This document shows positions 46,759 to 56,476 of a stretch of 64,000 bases of DNA, in pieces. The position numbers and the translations under genes are program-made. Under the pieces are notes generated by a model. It saw only the letters and a list, made by a program, of their open reading frames with translations. It had not been told where the DNA came from and made no database searches. Numbering within the stretch: position 1 is the stretch's first letter; each line of letters begins with the position of its first letter. The stretch covers positions 9,945 through 73,944 of the forward strand of contig JAYKJE010000037.1 in assembly GCA_035285805.1 (NCBI GenBank). The letters are read 5' to 3'. Origin of the DNA: a bacterium. GTDB taxonomy: Bacteria; Cyanobacteriota; Sericytochromatia; S15B-MN24; UBA4093.

Positions 46759-47556
46759 TCATGTTAGCACGCCGAGACGGTGCGCCACGGCCTGGTGGAT
46801 CAGGTCGGCCACGAGAACCGAGACGGCATTCGGGCGGTTGTCGAAGCACGGGATGACGACCAGATCGCGCGCCCCGAGACGGGCAGCGACGGCCAGCGCG
46901 GGATCGTTGGTGTCCATCAAGGCGATCGTCGGAATACCGGCATTGATCGCGGCTCCGGCATGACCGTGGTCGGCGATCACGAGGTCGACAGGCCCCGTCC
47001 GGGCGGACAGGAGGGCTTCCATCGCCCGGGTACCGTGGCCGTGCAAGATGCCGCAGGTATCACTCGTGACCGCCACGTCTCCCAGCATGTCGAGCACCCA
47101 GTCGACACCGACCGCAGCCCCCACGGGCCCGGCCACCGGACAGCCCCCCAGGGCGGCGAGATGAGCGGCCAGCCGCTGATAGCAGGTCAGGAGGGCCCCG
47201 GGATGTCCGGTACCGAACGCCATCCGGGCTCCCGGGCGGGCCCTCAGCACACGCTCGATCAGGTCGGCTGCGGCCCAGATCCCGGCCACGGTCCGATCCG
47301 GGGCGATGAAGCCGTCGCGTTCCCGGAAGGCTTCCGCCGCCTCGAGGCCACATGACTCGGCCATCAGGGCCACGACTCCGTCCTCGTCGAGCATCCCCAG
47401 CGCCAGGGCCCGGTGCACGAGACCGATGCCGAACGTGTAGAACGACACTCCCTCGAGCATCTGGCGCACCGCACGCAGATTGGCGTCACGGGAATTCGGG
47501 ACCCACCCCGCGAGGCCTGCCCGCTCGAGTGCTTGCGCCCACTCCGTTCGATCCAT
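46759..47556 (-). CDS. conserved hypothetical protein (GHG/ADHGH motifs; function unknown)
   Basis: 266-aa core after removing the low-complexity ORF-track extension. Contains HGHGTRAMEALL..VIADHGHAGAAINAGIPTIALMDTNDP. Confidence 0.5.
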   Translation of the reverse strand: MDRTEWAQALERAGLAGWVPNSRDANLRAVRQMLEGVSFYTFGIGLVHRALALGMLDEDGVVALMAESCGLEAAEAFRERDGFIAPDRTVAGIWAAADLIERVLRARPGARMAFGTGHPGALLTCYQRLAAHLAALGGCPVAGPVGAAVGVDWVLDMLGDVAVTSDTCGILHGHGTRAMEALLSARTGPVDLVIADHGHAGAAINAGIPTIALMDTNDPALAVAARLGARDLVVIPCFDNRPNAVSVLVADLIHQAVAHRLGVLT

Positions 47557-49048
47557 CACGAGCCCCCTCCTCCGGGAACCAGGACGCCTCGCTGGAGGCG
47601 CGGCTGCGCATGACCTCGGCCACATCGGCCAGCTGGCAGGCGACCCAGCGCTGGACGGGGTTCGCCCGGATCCTGGCACGCAGCCAGGCCTGACGAGCCC
47701 TCCGCTCCCGGCGTGACATCCTGAAGGCCTGCTCCATCCGGGACACCATCCCGACGAGGTCGAAGGGGTGAACGGGCAGGGCTCCGGGGACCAGTTCCTG
47801 GAAGGCCCCGACTGCCTCCGAGAGCAGCAGCACGCCATCGCGACGGTTGACGAGTGGCCCCTCCTTGGCGACGAGATTCATGCCGTCCGCCAGGGAGTTC
47901 ACGAGCAGCAGATCGTAGTGTCGGAGACAGGCCAGGGCGCGTTCCGGGCTGTGAACGTGGGACAGGCGCACGGGATTCCCCGGAAAGCGATGATTGATGC
48001 GAGACGCGAGTTCCTGCACCTGGGCCAGGTGGTCCCGGTAGAGATTCGCCCCGAGCCGGCATGCCGGCAGGACTCCCCAGAACCTTACTTCCCTGGCCCG
48101 CGGGGGGACGGACTCGAACCAGAGTTCCAGGGCTCTCAGGGAGCGGAGCAGATTCTTGCTCGGATCCACCCGGGCCACCTGGACGACGGTATAGCCGCTC
48201 CCGAGCCCCTGCTGGACGAGTTCGGATTCGAGGCGCCGGACGGCCGGGCCACGGGCCTCCCGGCAGAGGGCCTCGGGATCCACCGAGATCGGATACGCCC
48301 GGACTTGAACCGGCCGCCCCGCCCAGACGAGCTCCGGAGAGCCCGGGTGGCCGATGGCACCCGCGAGTTCGCGAGCTGCCTGCCGGAACTGTTCGGCGAA
48401 GCGCGGGACGTGAAATCCCACGATGTCGCTCGCGAGCAAACCGCCGAGAAGGGCACGTCGCACGGCATCCGGGAGCATGCGCCACGCGTCCACCGAGGGC
48501 CAGGCCACATGGGTGAAGTGGAGCAAGACGGCCTCGGGAACCAGTTCCCGCAACAATCCGGGCAGCAGATACAGGTGATAGTCGTGGATCCACACCACGG
48601 GCTGGCGGCCGTCCTGGCGCAACAGCGCAGCGATCGCACGGGCGAAGGTCACATTGACCTCCCGGTAGGCCTCCCAGGCCTGCCACGTCGCGGCATCGAA
48701 GTCCGGATGCACGGGGGCGTGGGTGAGTCCATGCTGGAGAAACCAGAGCAGGGAGTTCGAGAACCCGTCGTAGTAGGCCGAGAATCGCTCGCCCTCGATC
48801 GGGACGCTCACGAGCCTCGCAGGATAATCGGACAGCCTCCCCCTGTCCTTCTCGACCCCGGGCTCGAGCCCCAGCCGCGAAGACACCCAGGTGACGGGCA
48901 CGAGACCCGTCAGGGACGCCAGGGCGGTCACCAGTCCGCCCTGGCCACGCCTCGAGCCGGCGCCCCCCTCGGTGCGTTCGAGCGGACCCCGGTTGGAGAC
49001 GAGCACGAGGTGCGTGTCGGCGAGATCCTGGCGCCAGAGCCGCCTGAC
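47486..49048 (-). CDS. otsA: alpha,alpha-trehalose-phosphate synthase (GT20)
   Basis: LVLVSNRGPLE N-terminus, WIHDYHLYLLPGLLR, and GT20 UDP-glucose binding region. The ORF-track N-terminal 290 aa are artefactual; start position approximate. Confidence 0.85.
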   Translation of the reverse strand, partial: VRRLWRQDLADTHLVLVSNRGPLERTEGGAGSRRGQGGLVTALASLTGLVPVTWVSSRLGLEPGVEKDRGRLSDYPARLVSVPIEGERFSAYYDGFSNSLLWFLQHGLTHAPVHPDFDAATWQAWEAYREVNVTFARAIAALLRQDGRQPVVWIHDYHLYLLPGLLRELVPEAVLLHFTHVAWPSVDAWRMLPDAVRRALLGGLLASDIVGFHVPRFAEQFRQAARELAGAIGHPGSPELVWAGRPVQVRAYPISVDPEALCREARGPAVRRLESELVQQGLGSGYTVVQVARVDPSKNLLRSLRALELWFESVPPRAREVRFWGVLPACRLGANLYRDHLAQVQELASRINHRFPGNPVRLSHVHSPERALACLRHYDLLLVNSLADGMNLVAKEGPLVNRRDGVLLLSEAVGAFQELVPGALPVHPFDLVGMVSRMEQAFRMSRRERRARQAWLRARIRANPVQRWVACQLADVAEVMRSRASSEASWFPEEGARDGSNGVGASTRAGRPRGVGPEFP

Positions 49049-49303
49049 GGCATCCCGGCATTCGCGGGTGATGCGATGCAAGCAGTCCCCCGATCCGGGC
49101 TCCTCTGGATGGAGCCCGCTGGACCCTAGCACCCCCTCGCCCCGGTCACAAGGCACGGACCCGACTTCGACCGCGGCCGAAACATCCGGTCCAGGTTGCG
49201 CTCGGCTCGCAGGCCCCACGGGAGCCAGGATGGGGCTCGAGGTCGCCGCAATGGCTCCGCGCCGCCACGGCGCAGCCCGGATCCGGGGCGGGAGGAGGCC
49301 CGT

Positions 49304-50350
49304 TTGCGCATCGCCCTGCTCGCCCCGCTGGTGCACCCGGTCCCCCCCGCAGGATACGGTGGGACCGAACGGGTCGTGGACACGCTGGGAAGGGCCCTCC
49401 AGGCCCTGGGACACGAGGTCATGCTTTACGCGGCGGGAGATTCCAGGACCACCCTGCCCCTCCGGGCATACGTGCCCCGCTCGATGGCCGACCTGGCGCT
49501 CCGCGATCGCGAAGGCTACGAGCACCTCGAAAAACGCCACGTCGCCTGGGTCCTCGAACAGTCGTCCAGCTTCGACCTCATCCATGACCACACGAAGACG
49601 AGCGGGGTGCTGCTGGCCGGAAAATCCAGGGTGCCGGTCCTCACGACGTTGCACAACGACTTGACGCCGGGGAGGCGGGAGATCTACGAGGCGCATCCCG
49701 GCCATGCCTTCGTCGCCCTGTCGCGCTTCCAGGCCCAGCGAGCTGCCCCCCTGCGGATCGTCGAGGTCGTCCCGAATGGCCTCGACCTGAGCGAGATCCC
49801 GACACCGCGGCCCCTGTCCGGCCCTCGCCGCGGGCCGCTGCTCTTCCTGGGGCGCCTGTGCCCGGACAAGGGGCCCGATCTCGCGGTGGAGGTCGCCCGG
49901 CGCATGCAATTACCCCTCGTGCTACTCGGTCAGGTCGATCCCGCCCACGAGACGTGGTTCCGGAAGACGGTCCTCCCGCACGTCGACGGGCGTCGCATCC
50001 GGTGGCTGGGGGAGGTCGGGGGAGCACGCAAGTGGAGGTGGCTGGCTCGTGCCCGCTGCGTGCTCTTCCCCGTGCGCTGGCCGGAGCCGTTCGGCCTCGT
50101 GATGCTCGAGGCGATGGCCTGCGGAACCCCCGTGGTGGCCCTCGCGGCGGGGGCCGTGGGAGAAGTCGTGGCCCACGGGATCAGCGGCTGGATCGCCCGG
50201 GACGTGCGCGGTCTCGTGGCGGGAGTGACCCGAACCGCCACGCTCTCCACCCGGGAATGTCGGGAGTGGGTCGAGAGCCGGTTCAGCGCCGGCCACATGG
50301 CTCTCGGCTACCTCCATGCTTACCACAAGCTCCTCGAAAGCCCCCGGTGA
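49304..50350 (+). CDS. glycosyltransferase family 4 (GT1-fold)
   Basis: GT4 C-terminal block EPFGLVMLEAMACGTPVVA with N-terminal LRIALLAPLV..GGTERVV. Probable TTG start (the ORF track begins at 49196). Confidence 0.8.
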   Translation: MRIALLAPLVHPVPPAGYGGTERVVDTLGRALQALGHEVMLYAAGDSRTTLPLRAYVPRSMADLALRDREGYEHLEKRHVAWVLEQSSSFDLIHDHTKTSGVLLAGKSRVPVLTTLHNDLTPGRREIYEAHPGHAFVALSRFQAQRAAPLRIVEVVPNGLDLSEIPTPRPLSGPRRGPLLFLGRLCPDKGPDLAVEVARRMQLPLVLLGQVDPAHETWFRKTVLPHVDGRRIRWLGEVGGARKWRWLARARCVLFPVRWPEPFGLVMLEAMACGTPVVALAAGAVGEVVAHGISGWIARDVRGLVAGVTRTATLSTRECREWVESRFSAGHMALGYLHAYHKLLESPR

Positions 50351-50654
50351 GCAGGGTGGTCGACGGAGAAGGGACGGGATCTTGGTCGGCTGGCTGACCG
50401 TGCTGATCGTGGCCACCGTGGCAGGACTGTTCGGCGAGGCCCTGATCCCGGCCAGGCTACCGGGTGGATGGGGCGGGGGAGCACTCGCCGCGCTGCCCGG
50501 CGCCCTCCTCGGAGGGTACGGGGCGGGATACCTGGGCTGGCACTGGGGACCCGTCATCGGATCTCTGGCCGTGATCCCGACGATCGCCGGAGCGGCCCTG
50601 GCCGAGTGGCTGTTCGGCTGGTGGGTGACGCACCGCCCCCCCCCTCGGCCGTGA
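50316..50654 (+). CDS. GlsB/YeaQ/YmgE-family small membrane protein (transglycosylase-associated)
   Basis: Gly-rich TM helices (GALAALPGALLGGYGAGYLGWHWGPVIGSLAVIPTIAGAAL). True start probably downstream of 50350. Confidence 0.55.
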   Translation: MLTTSSSKAPGEQGGRRRRDGILVGWLTVLIVATVAGLFGEALIPARLPGGWGGGALAALPGALLGGYGAGYLGWHWGPVIGSLAVIPTIAGAALAEWLFGWWVTHRPPPRP

Positions 50655-50674
50655 TCCTGAGAGGAGCTCACCGG

Positions 50675-51613
50675 ATGCCCGAAACGAGCTGGCCAGATGC
50701 CCTCGAGATGGCCCTGACGGGTGCCATGGCCGAGACGATCGCCGCCCTGCCCCGACTGACCGGAGCCCTGCTCCTGCTGGTCGGGGGCTGGTTCCTGTCG
50801 CTGCTGGTGGCCCGGGCGACCGACCGGGGCCTCGAGGCCCTCCGACTTCCGGACTGGCTGGCCCGGTGCGGGCTCGAGAAAGCGATCGCCCGTTCCGGCA
50901 TGCGCCTGGAACCTCGGGAACTCCTCGCCGGACTCGTCCGGTGGGGCACCTTCCTGCTGGCAGCCGCAGGGGCAATGGACGTGCTGGGGATCTCCGGTCT
51001 GGGCAGCACCCTCACGATGCTGGCCACCTACCTGCCCGGCGCGGCGGGCGCCATCCTGCTGCTGATCCTCGGCCTGATGCTTGTACGGGCCGTGGAGGAG
51101 ATGATTCGGATATCGGGAATACCGGGACTGTCCCCCTGGCTCCGGCGCGTCATCCTCGCCCTGGTGGGGCTGGCCTGCCTGAGCCAGTTGAAGCTGGTCC
51201 CACCTCTGCTCCAGGTGATCGTCGCGATCGTGCTGGCCACGGCCGGACTCGGCCTGGCGATCGCCTCAGGGGCTGCCCTGCAAGAGAGTCTGGCGAATCT
51301 GCTCCAGGGCCAGACCTGGCGACGGGCGTGCCAGGTGGGAGACGTCCTGAGCTGGCAGGCCCGGGACGGGGAGGTGTGCGCTGGTCGGATCGAGATGCTC
51401 GATCCGACCAGCATGCGCCTCCGCACGCCCACGGGCCTGCTGATCGTGCCTTATCGTGCACTGGCCGGTCGTCCCGTCGAGATCCGGTCGACCGACTCCT
51501 CGGCTCACTCCACGGCGGGTTCGGCCGCGTCGGCATCCAGTTCGGACGGTTCCGACTTCTTGCTCTCGAGGTCGGTCACGACGGACGTGGCCCGGGAGCT
51601 CGAATCGTCCTGA
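50675..51613 (+). CDS. mechanosensitive ion channel family protein (MscS-like beta domain)
   Basis: Repeated TM helices, then GDVLSWQARDGEVCAGRIEMLDPTSMRLRTPTGLLIVPY resembling the MscS beta-domain. gaggag RBS before the ATG at 50675. Confidence 0.6.
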   Translation: MPETSWPDALEMALTGAMAETIAALPRLTGALLLLVGGWFLSLLVARATDRGLEALRLPDWLARCGLEKAIARSGMRLEPRELLAGLVRWGTFLLAAAGAMDVLGISGLGSTLTMLATYLPGAAGAILLLILGLMLVRAVEEMIRISGIPGLSPWLRRVILALVGLACLSQLKLVPPLLQVIVAIVLATAGLGLAIASGAALQESLANLLQGQTWRRACQVGDVLSWQARDGEVCAGRIEMLDPTSMRLRTPTGLLIVPYRALAGRPVEIRSTDSSAHSTAGSAASASSSDGSDFLLSRSVTTDVARELESS

Positions 51614-52455
51614 CCGAGCGCCACGCCGACACCTGCCTTCGCGTCGGAGGCCTCGATCGAGTGCTTGCCCGCGGCATCGCGAGACAGGTTGACCGTCACC
51701 TGGGTCCCGTCGAACTTGGTGATGGTCCCGGTCCCGGTCATCGACCCGTCCGCCTCGTGACGCCGGACCCACACGACCTTCCGCGTGGCGCCATCCGACT
51801 TGCGCGTGACCACGGCACTGTAGGTCGAGTCGACCGAGCCATCCTCGTTGAAGACTCGCTCGAAGTCGGCCTTGAAAGCTCCCTTGTCCAGGTCGCGGGA
51901 AGCCTTCCCCTCGACCTTGAGCGGCGAGCCGTCCTCATCGAGCGTGCGCGTCAGCTCGTGAGCCTCGCTCGACTTGCCCCGCGGCACGGCACGCTTGCGA
52001 AGCTGCTCGCGAACCTTCTGCCCCCCGATCTGCTTTTCAGATTCCCGGTCCTGCTCGGGCCCGGGCTTGATCTGGTTCTTGAGGCGATCGAGCTTCTCCA
52101 TGCCCTGCTTCATCTTGGCGAGCCCCTGCTGGAAGGCGGGAGGCTTGGGCGCGCCGGGCTTCATGGGAACGCGAGCGCCGGGGCCGCCTGCTGCGGATGG
52201 GCCGTTCTGCCCCGGAAGGGCCTGGGTGGAGAAGTTGAGGCCATCGAGCGAGTTGTAGTCGAAGGTGGAAACGGTCTGGAGGTTGGCGAGCAGGTCCTGG
52301 GCGAGTTGACTGCCTGCGAGGCGCTTGGCCTCGCTCAGCAGGGTCGAAGACGAAAGGCCCTCGCAGGCCGAGGTCATGAGCGCCAGAGCCAGCAGGGGGA
52401 CCCAGCGAGAAGCCAGACGAGATTTCACGGGAGCTCTCCTTTCGAGCGGCAACAT
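51505..52455 (-). CDS. secreted lipoprotein, Lys/Glu/Asp-rich, unknown function
   Basis: Lipobox LMTSAC and protein-like composition; the antisense + ORF is R/G/P low-complexity. Its 3' end overlaps the convergent channel gene by ~109 nt. Confidence 0.5.
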   Translation of the reverse strand: MLPLERRAPVKSRLASRWVPLLALALMTSACEGLSSSTLLSEAKRLAGSQLAQDLLANLQTVSTFDYNSLDGLNFSTQALPGQNGPSAAGGPGARVPMKPGAPKPPAFQQGLAKMKQGMEKLDRLKNQIKPGPEQDRESEKQIGGQKVREQLRKRAVPRGKSSEAHELTRTLDEDGSPLKVEGKASRDLDKGAFKADFERVFNEDGSVDSTYSAVVTRKSDGATRKVVWVRRHEADGSMTGTGTITKFDGTQVTVNLSRDAAGKHSIEASDAKAGVGVALGQDDSSSRATSVVTDLESKKSEPSELDADAAEPAVE

Positions 52456-52514
52456 GGTTACCTTAAACCCGGCTCGCGGGGAGATCATTCGCCTGCCGGC
52501 GTAGGCAATCTTGC

Positions 52515-53951
52515 CTAGCGCGGTCGGGCCCGGAGCTGGAGGCCGAGATCGGGCTCGTAGTTACCGAACCGGGCCCGGGTGTCGTCACGACTGGCGCGAT
52601 GAGACCCCGTGACCGCATCGAACAGGCCCTGCGCCGTGGTCGGCAGGATGCGGACCGGTCGTCCCAGCGCGGTCTCGACGTCCGCGACGCAGAGGTCGTC
52701 GAGGAACACCTCCGTCCCGGCCTTGAGCATGATGTCCGGGATCCAGACCTCGCCGGCTCCTGCACGCAGTCGGGGTTCGTCGATGAGATCCTGCCCCGTG
52801 AGCAGCCCCGTCACCGTGATGAGATCCCCCCAGAAGCGGCTGGGCACGTCGACGAGTTGCAGGTCGCACCCCTCGACCCGCTCGAGGTCCTCGAAGAGCG
52901 GAGCCAGGAGATGCCGAGCCGCCTTGCCCGTGACGACCTGCGCCCGCACGGGACTGGCCAGGACCGCCGGCAGCTTGCGGGCAAGCTTCTTCCACTCCCA
53001 GCCGAGGAGTGCTCCACCGCCGACGCCGTCCTGGACGTTCTCGAAGTCCCCGTAGTGAGAAGCCCGCGGGAGCGGCACCTCTCCGAGCACGTAAAATTCA
53101 TCCGAGAGCTGGACGATGGCCTCGTCCCACTCGGCCTTGAGCCGCTTCTGCCACGGCTTGACCTGCTGAATGACGGCCCGACACCACTCCGGCGTGGGGG
53201 CATCGATGTGAGGCAACCCCAGGATCTCGCGATAGCGGTTCAGGGCAACAGGCACGATGTTGATGCTGAGCAGGTCCGGGAGATAGCGTTCCGTCAGCTC
53301 CCGGACGGTCCGGTCGAGCTGGTCGCCATCGTTGATGCCCGGCATCAGGACGATCTGGGCATGGAACTGGAGCCCGGAGCGCTGCATCCGATCGAGTTGC
53401 TCGAAGAGCAGCCGCCCGCGCGGCTGCTGGAGGATACGTGCCCTCAGCTCGGGATCCGTCGCGTGGACCGACACGTAGAGCGGCGAGAGTCGCAGGCGCT
53501 CGATACGCTGCCACTCGCGCTCGGGAAGGTTGGTGAGCGTGACGAAGTTGCCCTGCAGGAACGACAGGCGATAGTCGTCGTCCATGATGTAGAGAGATTC
53601 CCGCATGCCCTCGGGTTGCTGCAGGATGAAACAGAAGTTGCAGCGGTTGGCGCAGACGCGGATGTGGTCGAAGACCGCGTCCTGGAACGAGAGCCCGAGA
53701 TCGGCATCGATGTCCTTTTCGATCAACCGGGTATGGAGCTCGCCCTCCCTCTGGAAGACGAGCTTCAGCCGATCGTCGGCCATCTGGTACCGGTAGTCGA
53801 TCAGGTCCGAGAGCTCCTGGCCATTGATGGACAGGAGGAGGTCCCCAGCGAGAAGCCCCGCCTGGTCGGCGAGGCTTCCGGGGATGACCTGAGTGACGAT
53901 TCCGCCTCGGGCCACCGGGCGCTTACTCCTCGGACCCCTCGTTGAGGTCAC
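52515..53951 (-). CDS. PDZ-domain radical SAM protein (DUF512 / TIGR03279-like)
   Basis: N-terminal PDZ (GGIVTQVIPGSLADQAGLLAGDLLLSING), radical-SAM cluster motif CANRCNFC (Cx3Cx2C). Start may be the GTG near 53915, just after the rpsA stop. Confidence 0.75.
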   Translation of the reverse strand: MTSTRGPRSKRPVARGGIVTQVIPGSLADQAGLLAGDLLLSINGQELSDLIDYRYQMADDRLKLVFQREGELHTRLIEKDIDADLGLSFQDAVFDHIRVCANRCNFCFILQQPEGMRESLYIMDDDYRLSFLQGNFVTLTNLPEREWQRIERLRLSPLYVSVHATDPELRARILQQPRGRLLFEQLDRMQRSGLQFHAQIVLMPGINDGDQLDRTVRELTERYLPDLLSINIVPVALNRYREILGLPHIDAPTPEWCRAVIQQVKPWQKRLKAEWDEAIVQLSDEFYVLGEVPLPRASHYGDFENVQDGVGGGALLGWEWKKLARKLPAVLASPVRAQVVTGKAARHLLAPLFEDLERVEGCDLQLVDVPSRFWGDLITVTGLLTGQDLIDEPRLRAGAGEVWIPDIMLKAGTEVFLDDLCVADVETALGRPVRILPTTAQGLFDAVTGSHRASRDDTRARFGNYEPDLGLQLRARPR

Positions 53952-55005
53952 GCAGCGAGAGCGAGATCCGCTTCTCTTCGGGGCGGAAGCGCTTGATGAG
54001 GGCGCGAACGGTCTGGTCGACCGTGACGACGTCCTCGGGCTTCACCTGACGCTCGGACATCTCGGCGGTGGGCAGCAGGGCCTCGACGCCGGGGACGATC
54101 TCGACGAACGCCCCGAAGCTGGCGAGCTTCGTCACGCGGCCGTTGATGACCTGGCCCTCGGAGAAACCGCTGAGGGTCGTCCAGGGGTCTTCCTTGAGCT
54201 GCTTGAGCGACAGCGAGATCTTGTGGGCCTCGCGGTCGACCTTGAGAACCTTGAGCGTGAGCTCGTCACCGATGGCCAGCTCGTCGTCCGGCTTCTTGAT
54301 GCGCTCCCAGGAGATCTCGGAGATGGGCAGCAGGCCGTCGATGCCACCGAGATCGATGAACGCACCGAAGTCGGCGATGCGGACGACCTTGCCGGTGACG
54401 ATCTGACCGACCTCGAGGTTGGCCAGGATCTCGGCACGCTTGAGGCCCTTCTCCTGCTGGAGCGCCTGGCGGTGCGAGAGGATCAGCTTGTTGCGCCGCT
54501 GATCGACCTCGATGATCTTGAGCTGGAGCTCTTCGCCGACGAGCTCCTCGTGCTGACCCTTGGTCCGCAGCTGCGACGCGGGGACGAAGCCACGGAGCTT
54601 GTAGGCATCGACGATCACGCCGCCCTTGACGACACCCGTGACGCGAGCGGCGATGATGCGCTCGTTCTCGTAGTCGTCGATGGCGAGCTTCCAGCCGCGG
54701 GCCTGATCGACGCGACGCTTCGAGAGCGAGATGCCCTCTTCGTCGTCGATGCGGATGACGAACACTTCGAGTTCGTCACCAGGCTTGACCACCTGGCGTG
54801 CATCCTGGACCGGAATGGCCGACAGCTCCTTGCGAGAGATGGTGCCTTCCGTCTTGCCCCCCACATCGACCAGGACCTCGTCCCGTTCGACCGAGACGAC
54901 GTACCCGTTGATGATGTCGCCCGGCTGGACGTCACGGAACGTGCTCTCGTAGTTGGGCACTTCCACGTCGGCTTCGATCGTGGCAAACTGACCCGCTTGC
55001 GTCAT
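53923..55005 (-). CDS. rpsA: 30S ribosomal protein S1 (short, four S1 domains)
   Basis: Four consecutive S1 OB-fold repeats (..GQIVTGKVVRIADFGAFIDL.., ..GQVINGRVTKLASFGAFVEI..). Confidence 0.9.
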   Translation of the reverse strand: MTQAGQFATIEADVEVPNYESTFRDVQPGDIINGYVVSVERDEVLVDVGGKTEGTISRKELSAIPVQDARQVVKPGDELEVFVIRIDDEEGISLSKRRVDQARGWKLAIDDYENERIIAARVTGVVKGGVIVDAYKLRGFVPASQLRTKGQHEELVGEELQLKIIEVDQRRNKLILSHRQALQQEKGLKRAEILANLEVGQIVTGKVVRIADFGAFIDLGGIDGLLPISEISWERIKKPDDELAIGDELTLKVLKVDREAHKISLSLKQLKEDPWTTLSGFSEGQVINGRVTKLASFGAFVEIVPGVEALLPTAEMSERQVKPEDVVTVDQTVRALIKRFRPEEKRISLSLRDLNEGSEE

Positions 55006-55168
55006 GAAATGAATCCCCTAATCACCTGCACCTGGCCGGCCCGGGCCCCGGGCACGCGATGACCGCGACCTGCAAACCTGAAACCGGAAATCAGATCGTA
55101 TCATCCGATCAGAACGCATGGCAAGCCGCACGTTCCCGTGTCGTCCGGCCTCCGGTGCGCCGGGACGC

Positions 55169-56476
55169 TCACCCGATGATCCAGGGACGGAGCTCGCTTT
55201 CGAAGCCAGGATACGAGGTCCCGACGCAGGAGACGTCCTCGATCCGGACGGGGCGATCGGCGACCAGCCCGGCGATCGCCGCCATCATGGCGATCCGGTG
55301 ATCTCCATGGCTGGTCGCCTCGCCGCCCGCGAGCCGGCCCCCACCCTCGATGACGAGACCATCCGGGGTCTCGGCGACACGAGCCCCGAGCGCCCCGAGC
55401 TCCCGGGCGATCGTCTGCAGGCGGTCGGACTCCTTGGCCCGGAGATCGGCGGCATCGCGCACGACGGTCGTCCCCTCGGCACAGGCGGCCGCGAGGGCGA
55501 GCACGGGAATCTCGTCCAGCAACCGGGGAACGAGTCCGCCCGCGATGAGCGATCCGCGCAGGTGGGCAGACCGGACCCGGAGATCCCCGACGGGCTCGCC
55601 GCTCACCACGCGCTCGTTCAGGACGGTGAGGTCCGCCCCCATGGCCCGCAGGACATCCAGCCCGCCCGTCCGGGTCGGGTTCAGCCCCACGTTCCGCAGG
55701 AGGCAGTCCGAGCCAGGCACCAGCGTGGCCGCGACGATCCAGAACATCGCGCTCGACACGTCGCCCGGGACCGTCACGTCGCCCCCGTGCAGCTCCCCGC
55801 CTCCCGTCAGGCACCAGGTCTGCCCCTCGCGCCGGAGGGAAGCCCCCATCGCGAGCAGCATGCGCTCGGTGTGGTCGCGGCTGGGGACGGGCTCGAACAC
55901 CCGGGTCTCGCCTCGCGCACGCAAGCCTGCGAGCAGGAGGGCGCTCTTCACCTGGGCACTGGCGACGGGAGCCGGATGATCCACCCCCGTCAGGGCCGTT
56001 CCCTCGATGACGAGGGGAGCCAGTCGCCCCCCTCGTCGGCCCGTGATCCGGGCCCCCATGGCCCGCAACGGTTCGACGATGCGCGCCATGGGACGCGCGC
56101 GGAGCGACCCGTCGCCCGAGAGGACGTGCAACCCCGGAACCCCCACGAGCAAGCCCGAGAGCAGGCGCATCGTCGTACCGGAGTTGCCAGCATCGAGCAC
56201 GTCCCCGGCCTCGTGCCAGGCCTCGAGCCCCTGCCCCTCCACCAGCCAGTCCGGCCCTTCGAGGCGGACGGACACGCCGAGAGCCTCGAGAGCTGCCCGG
56301 GTCGCCAGGCAGTCGGCACCGGCCAGACCGTTGACGATACGGGTCGTTCCGCGGGCGATCGCCCCCAGGAGCAGGGCCCGGTGCGTGATGGACTTGTCGG
56401 GTGGGACGTCGAGAGTCCCCGTCAGAGGCTTACCGCGCGCGACGGTCCAGCTCAGGACATCAGATCTTCGCGCCAC
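55169..56476 (-). CDS. aroA: 3-phosphoshikimate 1-carboxyvinyltransferase (EPSP synthase)
   Basis: LDVPPDKSITHRALLLGAIARGTTRI and the conserved EPSPS fold blocks. Confidence 0.9.
   Translation of the reverse strand: MARRSDVLSWTVARGKPLTGTLDVPPDKSITHRALLLGAIARGTTRIVNGLAGADCLATRAALEALGVSVRLEGPDWLVEGQGLEAWHEAGDVLDAGNSGTTMRLLSGLLVGVPGLHVLSGDGSLRARPMARIVEPLRAMGARITGRRGGRLAPLVIEGTALTGVDHPAPVASAQVKSALLLAGLRARGETRVFEPVPSRDHTERMLLAMGASLRREGQTWCLTGGGELHGGDVTVPGDVSSAMFWIVAATLVPGSDCLLRNVGLNPTRTGGLDVLRAMGADLTVLNERVVSGEPVGDLRVRSAHLRGSLIAGGLVPRLLDEIPVLALAAACAEGTTVVRDAADLRAKESDRLQTIARELGALGARVAETPDGLVIEGGGRLAGGEATSHGDHRIAMMAAIAGLVADRPVRIEDVSCVGTSYPGFESELRPWIIG

Noticed and set aside
46618-46760. Integration site at tRNA-Val
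   Set aside because: No integrase, direct-repeat duplication of the tRNA 3' end, or compositional shift adjacent to the tRNA.
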